Assembly (NCBI GenBank): GCA_964458415.1
Contig: CAYWIT010000011.1
Span: forward strand, 11,739 to 75,738
Length of the DNA stretch: 64,000 nucleotides
Direction: 5' to 3'
From: an uncultured Rhodospirillaceae bacterium
Lineage (GTDB): Bacteria; Pseudomonadota; Alphaproteobacteria; Micavibrionales; UBA2020
Numbering within the stretch: position 1 is the first letter of the stretch; every line of letters begins with the position of its first letter. A program made the position numbers and the translations under genes. This document shows, in pieces, positions 20,199-29,900 of this stretch. Below the pieces are notes generated by a model, which saw nothing but the letters and a program-made list of their open reading frames with translations, searched no databases and had not been told where the DNA came from.

Positions 20199-23100
20199 AT
20201 GACGGCAAAAGACGCGCGTGATGATAAGAACAAGAAATCGCTTCCGCCCAAAAAGCTCTCCGCCCGGCAACGATTCAACAAAGTTTCAAGGAAAGTATTG
20301 GTAGCGACTGTCCTCGCCGCCGGTGTCGTGATCGAGGCTAAAACGTCCTATATTCAATCTAGAATTTTCAGCAATGTGGCAGATGGGAAAACAGCCACGA
20401 CACTCCGGACAACCAGCGCCACGCAGGCCGCCCCCGCTGCCGGCCCCTATGACGAGCGTCTTGGCTATGCCGATGCCATCCGTTTTCGCCATCGTCTCAG
20501 CGCCGGCGGTTATGAACTGGAAGGCGAAACCACATGGCAGGAAAGAAATATTCTCGGTGTTGAATTATTCCCTATCTACGATGAAAAATCACAGGCTGGC
20601 TTGAAAATAACCGATGAAATGGATCAACCCCTTCTGGAATCCCGCTTTCCCCGTAATGCCTACAAAGATTTTGACTCGATACCTCCGATTCTGATCAAAA
20701 GCCTGCTTTACGTCGAAAACCGGGACCTCCTTGACGACAAGCCCTCCACATGGAACCCCGCCATTGAATGGGAACGTCTGGCGAATGCCCTCATCGGCTA
20801 TGGCATGAAGAAAACGGGCCTTGGCAAAGACAATTCCGGAGGATCCACCCTCGCCACGCAAATAGAAAAATTCCGCCATTCTCCGGAGGGCATTACAGGT
20901 TCGCCATCCGAAAAGATGAAGCAAATGCTGACCGCCAGCGTCCGGGCCTATCAGGATGGCGGCGATACCCGGCTGGCCCGTCAGCGGATCGTTCTGGATT
21001 ACCTGAATTCAATGCCGCTGTCCTCCTTCCCCGGCTATGGCGAAGTGAACGGATTTGCTGACGGCATGGCCGTATGGTTTGGCGCCGACTTTCATGAAAC
21101 GACCAAACTGCTGAAAAAATCAGAAGCCGAAATGAGCGAGGCCGAGCTGCGCCAATTCGCAAAAACCTACCGTGAAGCCCTCAATCTGGTCATGGCCGTA
21201 AAAGAACCCTCCGCCTATCTTCTGAGGAACCGGACAAAGCTCCAGACCCGCGTAGACAACTTCCTGCCTTTGCTTGTCGAGGCCGGCATCATCTCGCCGC
21301 GCATGAAAGAACTTGTCATGGCGGAAAGCCCCTCGTTCGCAAGCACGGCGCCGAAACGACCGGAAAACAAACTACGGCAGAAATCGGCGGACGCCTTGCA
21401 GGTTGAACTGCTGCGCACGCTGAATGTTCACGACCTCTACACCCTGAATCACCTTGACCTCACAGCGCGCACGACCATCGACAGCAAGGTTGATGCCGCC
21501 GTCTCGGAAATGCTGCGCAAGCTTACAGATCCGGAAGTCGCAAAAGCGAACGGCATGGTCGGTTATCAACTGCTGAAGCCCGATGCGGCGCAGGACATCA
21601 CCTATTCCTTCACGCTCTACGAAAAAACGGCGGACGGCACGAATGTGCTGCGGGTGCAGGCCGACAATTTCAATGGCCCGCTGAACCTGAACGAAGGCAC
21701 CAAGATGGAGCTGGGATCAACGGCAAAGCTGCGCACTCTGGTTTCCTACCTTGAAGCCATGGCCGACCTGCATAGCCGTTATGCCGCGATGGACGCGGAG
21801 ACGCTCTCCGGCATACCCGTTGCCCGTAATGACGCATTGACCCGCTGGGCTGTGGATTACCTGTCGGCGCCGGAAACGGACAAGTCTCTCAACGGTATGC
21901 TAGAAGCCGCTCTCGAGCGGACTTATTCAGGCAGCCCGCGTGAAGCATTCTTTACCGGCGGCGGATTGCACCGTTTTGAAAACTTCGAAAAATCCGAAGA
22001 CTTCAAATCATACAACGTCAAGGATGCGTTCCATCACTCCGTCAACCTGTCATTCGTCCGGATTATGAAGGATGTCGTCCATTATACGCAATCCCAGAAA
22101 ATGAACATTGATGCGGATATCTTCGAAAATCAGGACAGCCCGCAACGCCGCCAGTATCTCGAAAAATTCGCCGATGCCGAGGGCACCAGCTTCCTCTGGC
22201 AGTTCTGGAGCAAGCAAAAAGGAAAAAATCCGGAAGAAATCGCCGCCCTGCTGGCTGCGGAAACGCGCCGGACCCCCGTGCAGCTCGCCGTCGTCTACCG
22301 CTCCCTTTTCCCTGACGCCGCCTACGAGGATATGGAGAAATTTATCCGCAAGGAATGCCCCAATTGCAGCACCGCCACCGATTTCAAAAAGACTTATGAG
22401 GCCTATGCGCAAGACAAGTTTAACCTGAATGACCGCGGCTACCTTGCCCGCATTCACCCCCTCGCGCTGTGGCTGGCCTCCTATAAAATCAAACATCCCG
22501 ATGCAACGTGGAGCGAAGCTGTCAGAGATTCCGCGGCTGCCCGCATTGAAACCTACAAATGGCTGCTCGAGTCAAACAAGATGCAGGCGCAAAACACCCG
22601 CATCCAGATCATGCTGGAAAAAGAAGCGTTCACGCATATCCACAAAACATGGAAAGATCTGGGCTATTCATTTTCCACGCTGGTGCCCTCCTACGCCTCG
22701 GCGCTGGGAGCCTCAGGCGATACGCCCGCTGCTCTGGCCAAACTGGCAGGCATCCTGCAAAATGACGGCCTGTCGAAACAGCCGCTCAAGTTCCGCGAAA
22801 TCGACTTCGCGGACAAGACCCCCTATGCCATGCATTTCCGCCCGGCACAGCCACAGGCAACACGTGTTCTGCCGCCGGAACTGACCAGACTGGTCCGCCG
22901 CGAAATGCAGGGTGTTGTCGCGGAAGGTACGGCACGCCGCGCCCATCAATCCATCAAGCTCAGCGACGGGCGCATTCTCGAGATCGGCGCAAAGACGGGT
23001 ACGGGCGATAACCGTATCGAAACCTATGCCGCCAACGGCACCGTCAAATCGTCCAATGCGAAGAGCCGCACGGCGACTTTCGTCTTCACGATTGACGACC

Positions 23101-23330
23101 GTTTCTACGGCTGCATGACGGCCTTTGTTTCCGGCCCGAACGCAGGCGATCACAAATTCACCAGCGCCCTGTCGGCACAGGTCTTTAAAACGCTGGCGCC
23201 CACGCTGCGTCCCGTTCTGGACCGCGCCTATGGCATCACGCCCGATAACGCCGCTGCTCCGGTACAGGACAAGCCGGAACAACCGGAGGCAAAGGCAAAA
23301 GCAAAGCCGCCGGCGCCGCCCTCTTTATAA
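20199..23330 (+). CDS. class-A-PBP-like protein (divergent GT51 transglycosylase plus transpeptidase-like domain)
   Basis: 1043 aa with an N-terminal TM anchor. GT51-like motifs LLYVENRDLL and GGSTLATQIEKF. Transpeptidase-like triad STAK (SxxK), SVN (SxN) and KTGTG. Confidence 0.6.
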   Translation: MTAKDARDDKNKKSLPPKKLSARQRFNKVSRKVLVATVLAAGVVIEAKTSYIQSRIFSNVADGKTATTLRTTSATQAAPAAGPYDERLGYADAIRFRHRLSAGGYELEGETTWQERNILGVELFPIYDEKSQAGLKITDEMDQPLLESRFPRNAYKDFDSIPPILIKSLLYVENRDLLDDKPSTWNPAIEWERLANALIGYGMKKTGLGKDNSGGSTLATQIEKFRHSPEGITGSPSEKMKQMLTASVRAYQDGGDTRLARQRIVLDYLNSMPLSSFPGYGEVNGFADGMAVWFGADFHETTKLLKKSEAEMSEAELRQFAKTYREALNLVMAVKEPSAYLLRNRTKLQTRVDNFLPLLVEAGIISPRMKELVMAESPSFASTAPKRPENKLRQKSADALQVELLRTLNVHDLYTLNHLDLTARTTIDSKVDAAVSEMLRKLTDPEVAKANGMVGYQLLKPDAAQDITYSFTLYEKTADGTNVLRVQADNFNGPLNLNEGTKMELGSTAKLRTLVSYLEAMADLHSRYAAMDAETLSGIPVARNDALTRWAVDYLSAPETDKSLNGMLEAALERTYSGSPREAFFTGGGLHRFENFEKSEDFKSYNVKDAFHHSVNLSFVRIMKDVVHYTQSQKMNIDADIFENQDSPQRRQYLEKFADAEGTSFLWQFWSKQKGKNPEEIAALLAAETRRTPVQLAVVYRSLFPDAAYEDMEKFIRKECPNCSTATDFKKTYEAYAQDKFNLNDRGYLARIHPLALWLASYKIKHPDATWSEAVRDSAAARIETYKWLLESNKMQAQNTRIQIMLEKEAFTHIHKTWKDLGYSFSTLVPSYASALGASGDTPAALAKLAGILQNDGLSKQPLKFREIDFADKTPYAMHFRPAQPQATRVLPPELTRLVRREMQGVVAEGTARRAHQSIKLSDGRILEIGAKTGTGDNRIETYAANGTVKSSNAKSRTATFVFTIDDRFYGCMTAFVSGPNAGDHKFTSALSAQVFKTLAPTLRPVLDRAYGITPDNAAAPVQDKPEQPEAKAKAKPPAPPSL

Positions 23331-23337
23331 CTGACTT

Positions 23338-24489
23338 CTATCTTTCGTGAACGTCGGGACTGAACAGGTCAATCACCAGCCGGTAATTTCCACCGCTGCT
23401 GGCGGGCGATAATATCTGCTGCGAAACGATTTCCGACCCATAGAGCATATCCATGGAAAGAACGCCTTCCGCAAAACCATAGGCCGCGACCAGCGCTGCG
23501 GATGAGGCTTCCCATTGCGGAGCTGTCGCCCATTTCATTTGCGGCAGCGTCACGATCAGGCTCTTGCCGTTATTTTCCAGCCGCGTCTTGAAATCCGGCT
23601 TGGCCGTGAGGTCCAGCACAATGCGCGTCTTGTCGAGATGATCGCCAATCCGCACCGACTTGACATCGCCCAGCATCGGACCCGCCGCCAGCTCCGGGGG
23701 GGTTGCTGCGATAACGGGGGCAGCAGCCGGAGCTGAGGCGACGGGCGACGCTTTTGCAGCCACCGGCGGAACGGCTGGCGGCTGCGCAGGCACGGCAACG
23801 GACGGAGACGGCGTTTTTGCCACCTCCGCCGCTGCCGGTAAAGAGGTTGGAGCTGCGCTCTCAGGGGGCAATCCTGCAAGCGCAGCTCCGGGGGTAACCA
23901 GTGAAGAGGGTGCTGCTGAATCAGCCGCGGCTACGTTGGCCGTGGCTTTATCTATGCCTCCAACAACGTCTTCACCTGGTATCGGAATCTGTTTTGTTTG
24001 TTTAATTGGCTCGACGGAAACGTCCGGAACGGGAATAGGCTCCACATCGACGGCGCCATCCTGCATGGTCAGTGTCTGCAACTGCCCGACAAGTTCCTTG
24101 ATGTCCTTTTCAACGGAAACCAGCCGCACCATCGACGGCACGACCGTATCCAGATCGTTGCGGAGCGCCTGGACAGCCTCTTCCAGCCGCCGGAAACGAT
24201 CTTCATTATCATCAATCCGGTCATTGAAAAGCGGCGTAAACTTCAAGCCTTCCGCGGGTGCCAGCACACGAAAAGCGTCCATCGCCGTCGGCACTTTCGG
24301 CGCAGCAGATTTCTGCTGTGCCGGAGGCGCAGACGCTCTGCCGCTACCACTATTGCTGTCACCGAATGAACATCCGGTGAGCAATACCAGCAAGCCAAGG
24401 CAGGATACGAACCCTGTCAGACGGTGCGACTTTAGCCCAAAGCCGCACGCCGACGACGGTCCGCATTGACTACGGACTTCGTCTCCCAT
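23338..24489 (-). CDS. AMIN-domain lipoprotein with coiled-coil and Pro/Ala-rich linker
   Basis: Lipobox LLTGC. Coiled-coil segment RFRRLEEAVQALRNDLD. Long P/A-rich linker. C-terminal AMIN-like block VRIGDHLDKTRIVLDLTAKPDF...YRLVIDL. Confidence 0.55.
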   Translation of the reverse strand: MGDEVRSQCGPSSACGFGLKSHRLTGFVSCLGLLVLLTGCSFGDSNSGSGRASAPPAQQKSAAPKVPTAMDAFRVLAPAEGLKFTPLFNDRIDDNEDRFRRLEEAVQALRNDLDTVVPSMVRLVSVEKDIKELVGQLQTLTMQDGAVDVEPIPVPDVSVEPIKQTKQIPIPGEDVVGGIDKATANVAAADSAAPSSLVTPGAALAGLPPESAAPTSLPAAAEVAKTPSPSVAVPAQPPAVPPVAAKASPVASAPAAAPVIAATPPELAAGPMLGDVKSVRIGDHLDKTRIVLDLTAKPDFKTRLENNGKSLIVTLPQMKWATAPQWEASSAALVAAYGFAEGVLSMDMLYGSEIVSQQILSPASSGGNYRLVIDLFSPDVHER

Positions 24490-24575
24490 TAAAAAGTATT
24501 GCCCCCTGAAAATATACCATAGATAGTTACCCCACCTGTTATCGTAAACAGGCAGGGCAACAAGTCAACTAAAAA

Positions 24576-24590
24576 TTAAAATAACGTTAA
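24576..24590. promoter_or_regulatory. CtrA-type box TTAAAATAACGTTAA
   Basis: Perfect TTAA-N7-TTAA between the chaperone stop (24597) and the AMIN lipoprotein start (24489). Confidence 0.4.
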
Positions 24591-24596
24591 AGCCGT

Positions 24597-25433
24597 TTAC
24601 CTTAACAGATCGGCGACATTGAAGGTCTTTTCATCAAAGCGCTTGCCCTTGTCCGCTTCCATGCCTTCATAGACGACACGGATTTTTCCACCGGACAGGC
24701 TCTGCTCGGAAATGTTCACGTCAGCTTCACGACGCGAAACTTCAGGATAAATGTTCAATCCATTGAGTTCGCCGATTTTCCTTTCCTCTCCCCCCGGCGG
24801 AGTCCAGAAAATATCCGACCGGCCCAGTGTGCTATGTTTGCCGGTACGTTCGATATAAAGACGGATACGCGGTCCCCGCTTGCCCTCGGCGGGAATAAAT
24901 TTCGGATCGACGATTTTCGCCTGCGCGTCATAAGCCCCCTGACGCAGCATCACCGGTACGGAAAAACCGACATTCACGCCCACGCCGACCGCAGCCCCCT
25001 TTTTCGACGCGGAAATATTGGGACTCGCTATACGATTCATCTTGATATGCATGCGATATTCCCCATCCGGCAGATCTGCCGGCCGGCGCAGGGAAAGCCG
25101 GACAGATTGCTTGCCACGCGGCGGCAGCTCCACCTGACGCGGACTGTAAACGATCATCTTGGTCAAGTCATAACCCGGCGTTGTCGGACCTTCCAAAGCC
25201 TCGTAAGCCCCCGTCGGCAGCTGTTTCAGGTGATAGAGCTCCATCCGGAAGATCGCCGCTTTTGTCGAGGTGTTGACCAAGGTCAGGCCCTTCATCCGGT
25301 CATGGCCCTGAAAAACCGTGCGGATCGGCATGATCATCAGATCAGCCAAGGCCGCCGGAACAGAGAAAAAAACCACTGCCGACAGCGCCATTGCCGCCAC
25401 GCCAGTTACGATTTTTCCTTTTTTATTCAGCAT
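24597..25433 (-). CDS. PapD-like periplasmic pilus chaperone
   Basis: 278 aa with a signal/anchor sequence. LMIMPIRTVFQGHDRMKGLTLVNTSTKAAIFRMEL resembles the chaperone N-terminal domain. It lies downstream of two DUF4402 genes. Confidence 0.6.
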   Translation of the reverse strand: MLNKKGKIVTGVAAMALSAVVFFSVPAALADLMIMPIRTVFQGHDRMKGLTLVNTSTKAAIFRMELYHLKQLPTGAYEALEGPTTPGYDLTKMIVYSPRQVELPPRGKQSVRLSLRRPADLPDGEYRMHIKMNRIASPNISASKKGAAVGVGVNVGFSVPVMLRQGAYDAQAKIVDPKFIPAEGKRGPRIRLYIERTGKHSTLGRSDIFWTPPGGEERKIGELNGLNIYPEVSRREADVNISEQSLSGGKIRVVYEGMEADKGKRFDEKTFNVADLLR

Positions 25434-25446
25434 TTTATTTCTCCAT

Positions 25447-25944
25447 TTAATAGTAAAGAGTCAGGTCAAAAGTGCCGCTGTAGACACCGCTGTCATAAGG
25501 ATTACTGTTGCCAGATGTCGTCAGCCTTGCCCCGATGTATAATGTGCCGCTTCCCGCTCCGTCTGTCGAGAGGTCATTCGCCGTAAAATTATCCAGCGTA
25601 AAGCTCTCGCTCCCCGTTTTATCCAGCCCCGTACTGTTATCCAGTATCAACCCACCCTCCGTCGGCGGGTTTGGCACCGCTACTCCCACATAAAAAATGA
25701 CATTGGCCGGCAACCCTGTAAAGCTATACTCCCCCCGTTGCGCGTCAATGTTCGAGATGATGTCCGGGTCGTAAACTGTTGAATTGTCAGTGGCAACCGT
25801 AATCGTATGTTGTGCTGAATTATTGCGTGTCGCAAATTCGCCAAAGCTCAAAGCCTGTACTTCTGTCATATCTTGCGCAAGAGCAGGACTCCCCCGTAAA
25901 TCAAGCGTGCAAAAAAGAGCAAGAATGTAAAAAAAATGCTTCAT
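25447..25944 (-). CDS. DUF4402-type secreted subunit (putative minor pilin)
   Basis: 165 aa with a signal peptide ending ALAQD. LSFGEF near the N-terminus and the C-terminal YSGTFDLTLYY are typical of DUF4402. Confidence 0.6.
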   Translation of the reverse strand: MKHFFYILALFCTLDLRGSPALAQDMTEVQALSFGEFATRNNSAQHTITVATDNSTVYDPDIISNIDAQRGEYSFTGLPANVIFYVGVAVPNPPTEGGLILDNSTGLDKTGSESFTLDNFTANDLSTDGAGSGTLYIGARLTTSGNSNPYDSGVYSGTFDLTLYY

Positions 25945-25993
25945 CCCCTAAGACTAGGTGATTTTTTTAAAATTGCAACGTCATCCAAACAAA

Positions 25994-26016
25994 AACCCCG
26001 CCACAAGGGCGGGGTT
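25994..26016 (-). terminator. intrinsic terminator directly after the first DUF4402 gene (within the operon)
   Basis: On the minus strand AACCCCGCC CTTGT GGCGGGGTT is followed by TTTGTTTGG. It starts 24 nt after the stop at 26040. Confidence 0.65.
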
Positions 26017-26039
26017 CTGTCCGTTTTCAGGAAAACGAA

Positions 26040-26681
26040 TTAGTAAACGATCCGCACATCGAACGAACCGGTATAAAGACCGTCGGTATAATCAACCGGC
26101 ACCGCACCGGCATCAACCTCCGTCTGGATCGTGCCACCGATCTTCCAGCTGAGCGCGCCGGCACCATCCGTTGTGCCAATCCCTGTCGTCCGCGCTGTCG
26201 TGACAGAGTTATAACTGCCCACTGTCGCCAGATTATCATGCACCTCGAGCAGGATAAATTCCTCGGCACCGTTGATCGGATTCACAAAGTTGTCATAGTC
26301 GACATAGAGGTTCTCGTTAAAGAACGCCCCCGTCACAGCCACCGTCGCGGCCGCAGCGCCACCGGTGTTTGTATCGTAAACGATAGAAGCCGGGCTGGCA
26401 CTATAATAACCGTCACCGGGCTCATCCGTCACAATGCCAGTTGTTTCCACCAGCATCGTCGCCGTTGTGCTGGTACCTGTCCCGTCCTTCAGCGAACCGA
26501 TCTGGCCAAAAGCAAGATCTGTTACCGCCACGTCAATCAAGTTGTCCACAGTTGCCGTCACGTCGATCGTCACCGGATCACTGATCTGAACAGGGGCCGC
26601 ATTTGAACTGACGGCGTAAAAACCGGCACCCAGCGCCACTGCGCTGACCACCGCGAATTTTTGGAAAGATGTAAGTCTCAT
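26040..26681 (-). CDS. DUF4402-type secreted subunit (putative major pilin)
   Basis: 213 aa with a signal peptide ending SSNAA. LAFGQI and the C-terminal YTGSFDVRIVY are paralogous to 25447-25944. Confidence 0.6.
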   Translation of the reverse strand: MRLTSFQKFAVVSAVALGAGFYAVSSNAAPVQISDPVTIDVTATVDNLIDVAVTDLAFGQIGSLKDGTGTSTTATMLVETTGIVTDEPGDGYYSASPASIVYDTNTGGAAAATVAVTGAFFNENLYVDYDNFVNPINGAEEFILLEVHDNLATVGSYNSVTTARTTGIGTTDGAGALSWKIGGTIQTEVDAGAVPVDYTDGLYTGSFDVRIVY

Positions 26682-26813
26682 TAGGCTTCTCCTTTTGCTA
26701 AACTGACTCAGTTTGGGTTCATCCCAGGTAGAGGTAACTTCTTTTTTTAGGACAACGGATCAGGAAGTCCCGAAATCCCCTTACCGCATACTTTCATTAA
26801 GCCATGAGAATCG

Positions 26814-26828
26814 TTAAGGTCCGGTTAA
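26814..26828. promoter_or_regulatory. CtrA-type box TTAAGGTCCGGTTAA in a divergent promoter region
   Basis: Perfect TTAA-N7-TTAA, 133 nt from the DUF4402 gene start (26681) and 156 nt from the usher-like gene start (26984). Confidence 0.45.
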
Positions 26829-26983
26829 AACGTGGAAATTTATCGCTTTGTTTTGTTAAACTTTTATCTATTCTGAAAATGAAGCCCCGTTATCAGCGCC
26901 TCTGCCGTTATAATGCCACAGCTTGCCCCGCTTGTTCCCTTTTCTATTCTGTGGTCTAATAAATCGGGGTTTTACAAGGGGCT

Positions 26984-29900
26984 ATGGGGAAAAAGCGTTT
27001 TACAAAAAAAATTCGCCGCGGGATTCTGGTGTTGTCATTTCTGACAACGCTGCAAGTTCCTGCTGCCCCCGCCTGCGCCGAACCGCCCGCCGCCACGCTC
27101 TCCCGTGAACAATTGATGAATCTGGCCCGCCAGTTTGTCGACAAGATCGGTCAGGGATTGAAAACCGCCGATGAGCAGATGGCGGAAAAAATCGATCCGG
27201 AAGACCTGCGCATGCAGAAATATTTCGAAGGCCTGCCCGAAGGCGAGCCCCTGATCCTGCAAATCAGCCTGTCCGGCACACGTTTTCACGACAAACGGAG
27301 GATCAACATTGACCAGCCGGTCATGGCGATCAAGGAAGGCCATGACGTCATGATCTCCCTCCTCGACTTTGTCGGCGCCGCCAGCTTTCCCATCAAGGTT
27401 GACGCGGAAAGCGGTACTGCCGATGGCTGGTTTATCCGTGAAACCCAGCCGTTCAATCTGGACATGGCGACCCGTAAAGTCACCGTGCTGAACAAAACTT
27501 TTGATATCGCGCCGGAGGACGCCCGCATTGACGGCCCCGACATTCTGGTCCGCGGCAAGACCCTGTCCCGCTGGTTCGGGTTCCAGATGCTCGCCAACCC
27601 GCAAGCACAAAAGCTGGAGGTTGTGACAGAACAGCCCTGGCCTCTGCAGGAAAAATACGAGCGCGTCCGGCGCTATGCCAGCATCGTTCAGAAACAACCC
27701 CCGAAAAACCCGCGGCAGGATGAAGATTACAAACTGGTGGATATCCCCAAGGCGGATATCTCGCTGCGCCAGCTCTACGACAAACACGCTGACGGGCGGG
27801 TCATGAAAAGAACGGCATGGACGCTCAACAGCACGGGCGATCTTGCTGCCCATCAGGCCCGCGCCACGATTTCCGGCAGCGATCAGGAACCGGTTAATAC
27901 CATCAATTTCACCCTCTCGCGATCATCCGAGGAACCCGCGCTGCTGGGCCCGCTCAAGGCCCGTTTTTACGAACTGAATGACATCCGCTCGGTGAAAGTC
28001 CCCCTTACGGGTAACGCGCCGCTGGAGCGCGGCCTGCGTGTCACCAACAGAAACCCCGATGTAACCTATGATACTGCGACGGTGATCGAAGGCTATACCG
28101 ATCCGGAATGGGATGTCGAGCTTTACCGCAACACGCAATATATCACCGCCATGACTGTCGGCATCGATGGCCGCTATGGCTTTGAGGATGTCCAGCTCTT
28201 CGCCGGGGAAAACAGGTTCCGCATCGTGCATTACGGCCCCCACGGGGAACTGCGGGAAGAAGAACGCGTCATCACTGTGGCGCCGGGCGCCTATGGCACC
28301 GCCGGCCTCTATAACGTCTCGCTCTCGCAACAAAAAATACAGACCTATACATCAACCAAGTCCGGCGGGCGTGATGAAGGCACACCGCACCTCGCCGCCA
28401 CCTATGAAAAGCAGATCGGCGACACGCTTGTCGTGCATGGCGGCCTCAACGCGCGGCAACAACAGGGAACGCAGGCCCTCTATCTCAACGGCGGCGCCTT
28501 TACACAGATTGGAAAGGCGCTCGTCAATACCGATATCGCCGTCACGCCGGAGAAAACCTATACCGGATATCTGGTCGCCAGACAAAACTTTGGCCGACAT
28601 TCAGGCTCCGCTTCACTCAACATCCGGGGCGAGGACTATGTCACCGATACCGCCATTGATTCCCGCGCGCCCGCGAACTATGCCACAAACGTCACACTGA
28701 GCGGCCCCCTGACGGATATGCTCCGCGGCGGGCCCACCTATACCGCCTTTGCCGGACTGTCCCTGACCAGTACCGATACCACAACGTTCAGCACCGGTCT
28801 GAAACTCTCCGGAAAAATAAACAGAGACCTCTATGCCAGCAATTCCCTTTCCTACAGCCAGGTCACCAATGCCGCCGGAGAAAGTCTGGACAAGCTTGGC
28901 GGCGCGCTCTCCCTGCGCGGAAGGGCGCTCAATACGACATGGCGATCTTCTCTGGATTACAGGATCATGCCGGAATCGGAACTGAAAAGCCTCCGCGTCA
29001 ATTTTTCGCGCAAGCTCACAAAAAAGATGGGAGCCGATGTCAGTTTCCTGCGCAAAATGGATACCGGCTATACGCAGGAAGGGCTGTCTCTGGACTGGAA
29101 TCTGGATCGTGCCACCCTCTCCTCCTCCGTCTCCTATGACAGCGAACAGGCCATATCCGCCATGATGAACGTCAGGTTCGGCCTGGCCTATAACCCATAC
29201 AGTAATGACTTCATCATGAAAAACAGCAGCCTGTCCTCCACTGGCGGGGTTGCGGCCTTCGTCTTTCTGGACAAGGACGGGGATGGCGCCTTCTCTGCCG
29301 GAGACGAGCCGCTGCCGGATGTTCTTGTCAGGGCCGCACAGGTTTCACGCACCGCCGACACCGACGAAAAGGGCGAGGCTTTTATCTATGACCTGCCGAC
29401 AAACAAGGTCACGGACATCATCGTCGAGGAAAGCAGCGCCTTTGACCCAACCTGGGTCTCCGGCTTCCCCGGCATCTCCCTGCGTCCGCGTGCCGGTTCG
29501 ATTACCCGCATTGACTTCCCCATCCTGCAAGGGGCCGAGATGGACGGAACGGCCTGGATGGAGGATGCAAGCGGCAACAAGACGGCAGCCCGCAACATCC
29601 GGCTGGTGCTGAATACGCCGGATGGACAAGTTGTAAAAGAAGCCTTGACCCCCTATGACGGGTTTTTCGTCATCAGCGGCATCCGCCCCGGCGTCTATTA
29701 CCTGACGGCGGATACGACGCTTTCTCCGGTTACGGGTTATCTGCCACCGAAAAAAGTTATTATCGGTCCGGAAGGCGCCCTGCTTTACGGACAAAACATC
29801 ATCCTGACCAAGGGGTATGACATCCCCGTCACTTTCCGCAGCGACACACCCTCTCCCGCCAGCGATATACGCGCCTCGCATATCCTGCAGCCCGCCGATA

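Noticed and set aside
23660-24469. 269-aa plus-strand A/G/T/S-rich ORF
   Set aside because: It is the mirror image of the Pro/Ala-rich linker of the AMIN lipoprotein gene. The minus-strand product has a lipobox and a folded C-terminal domain, and this one has neither.
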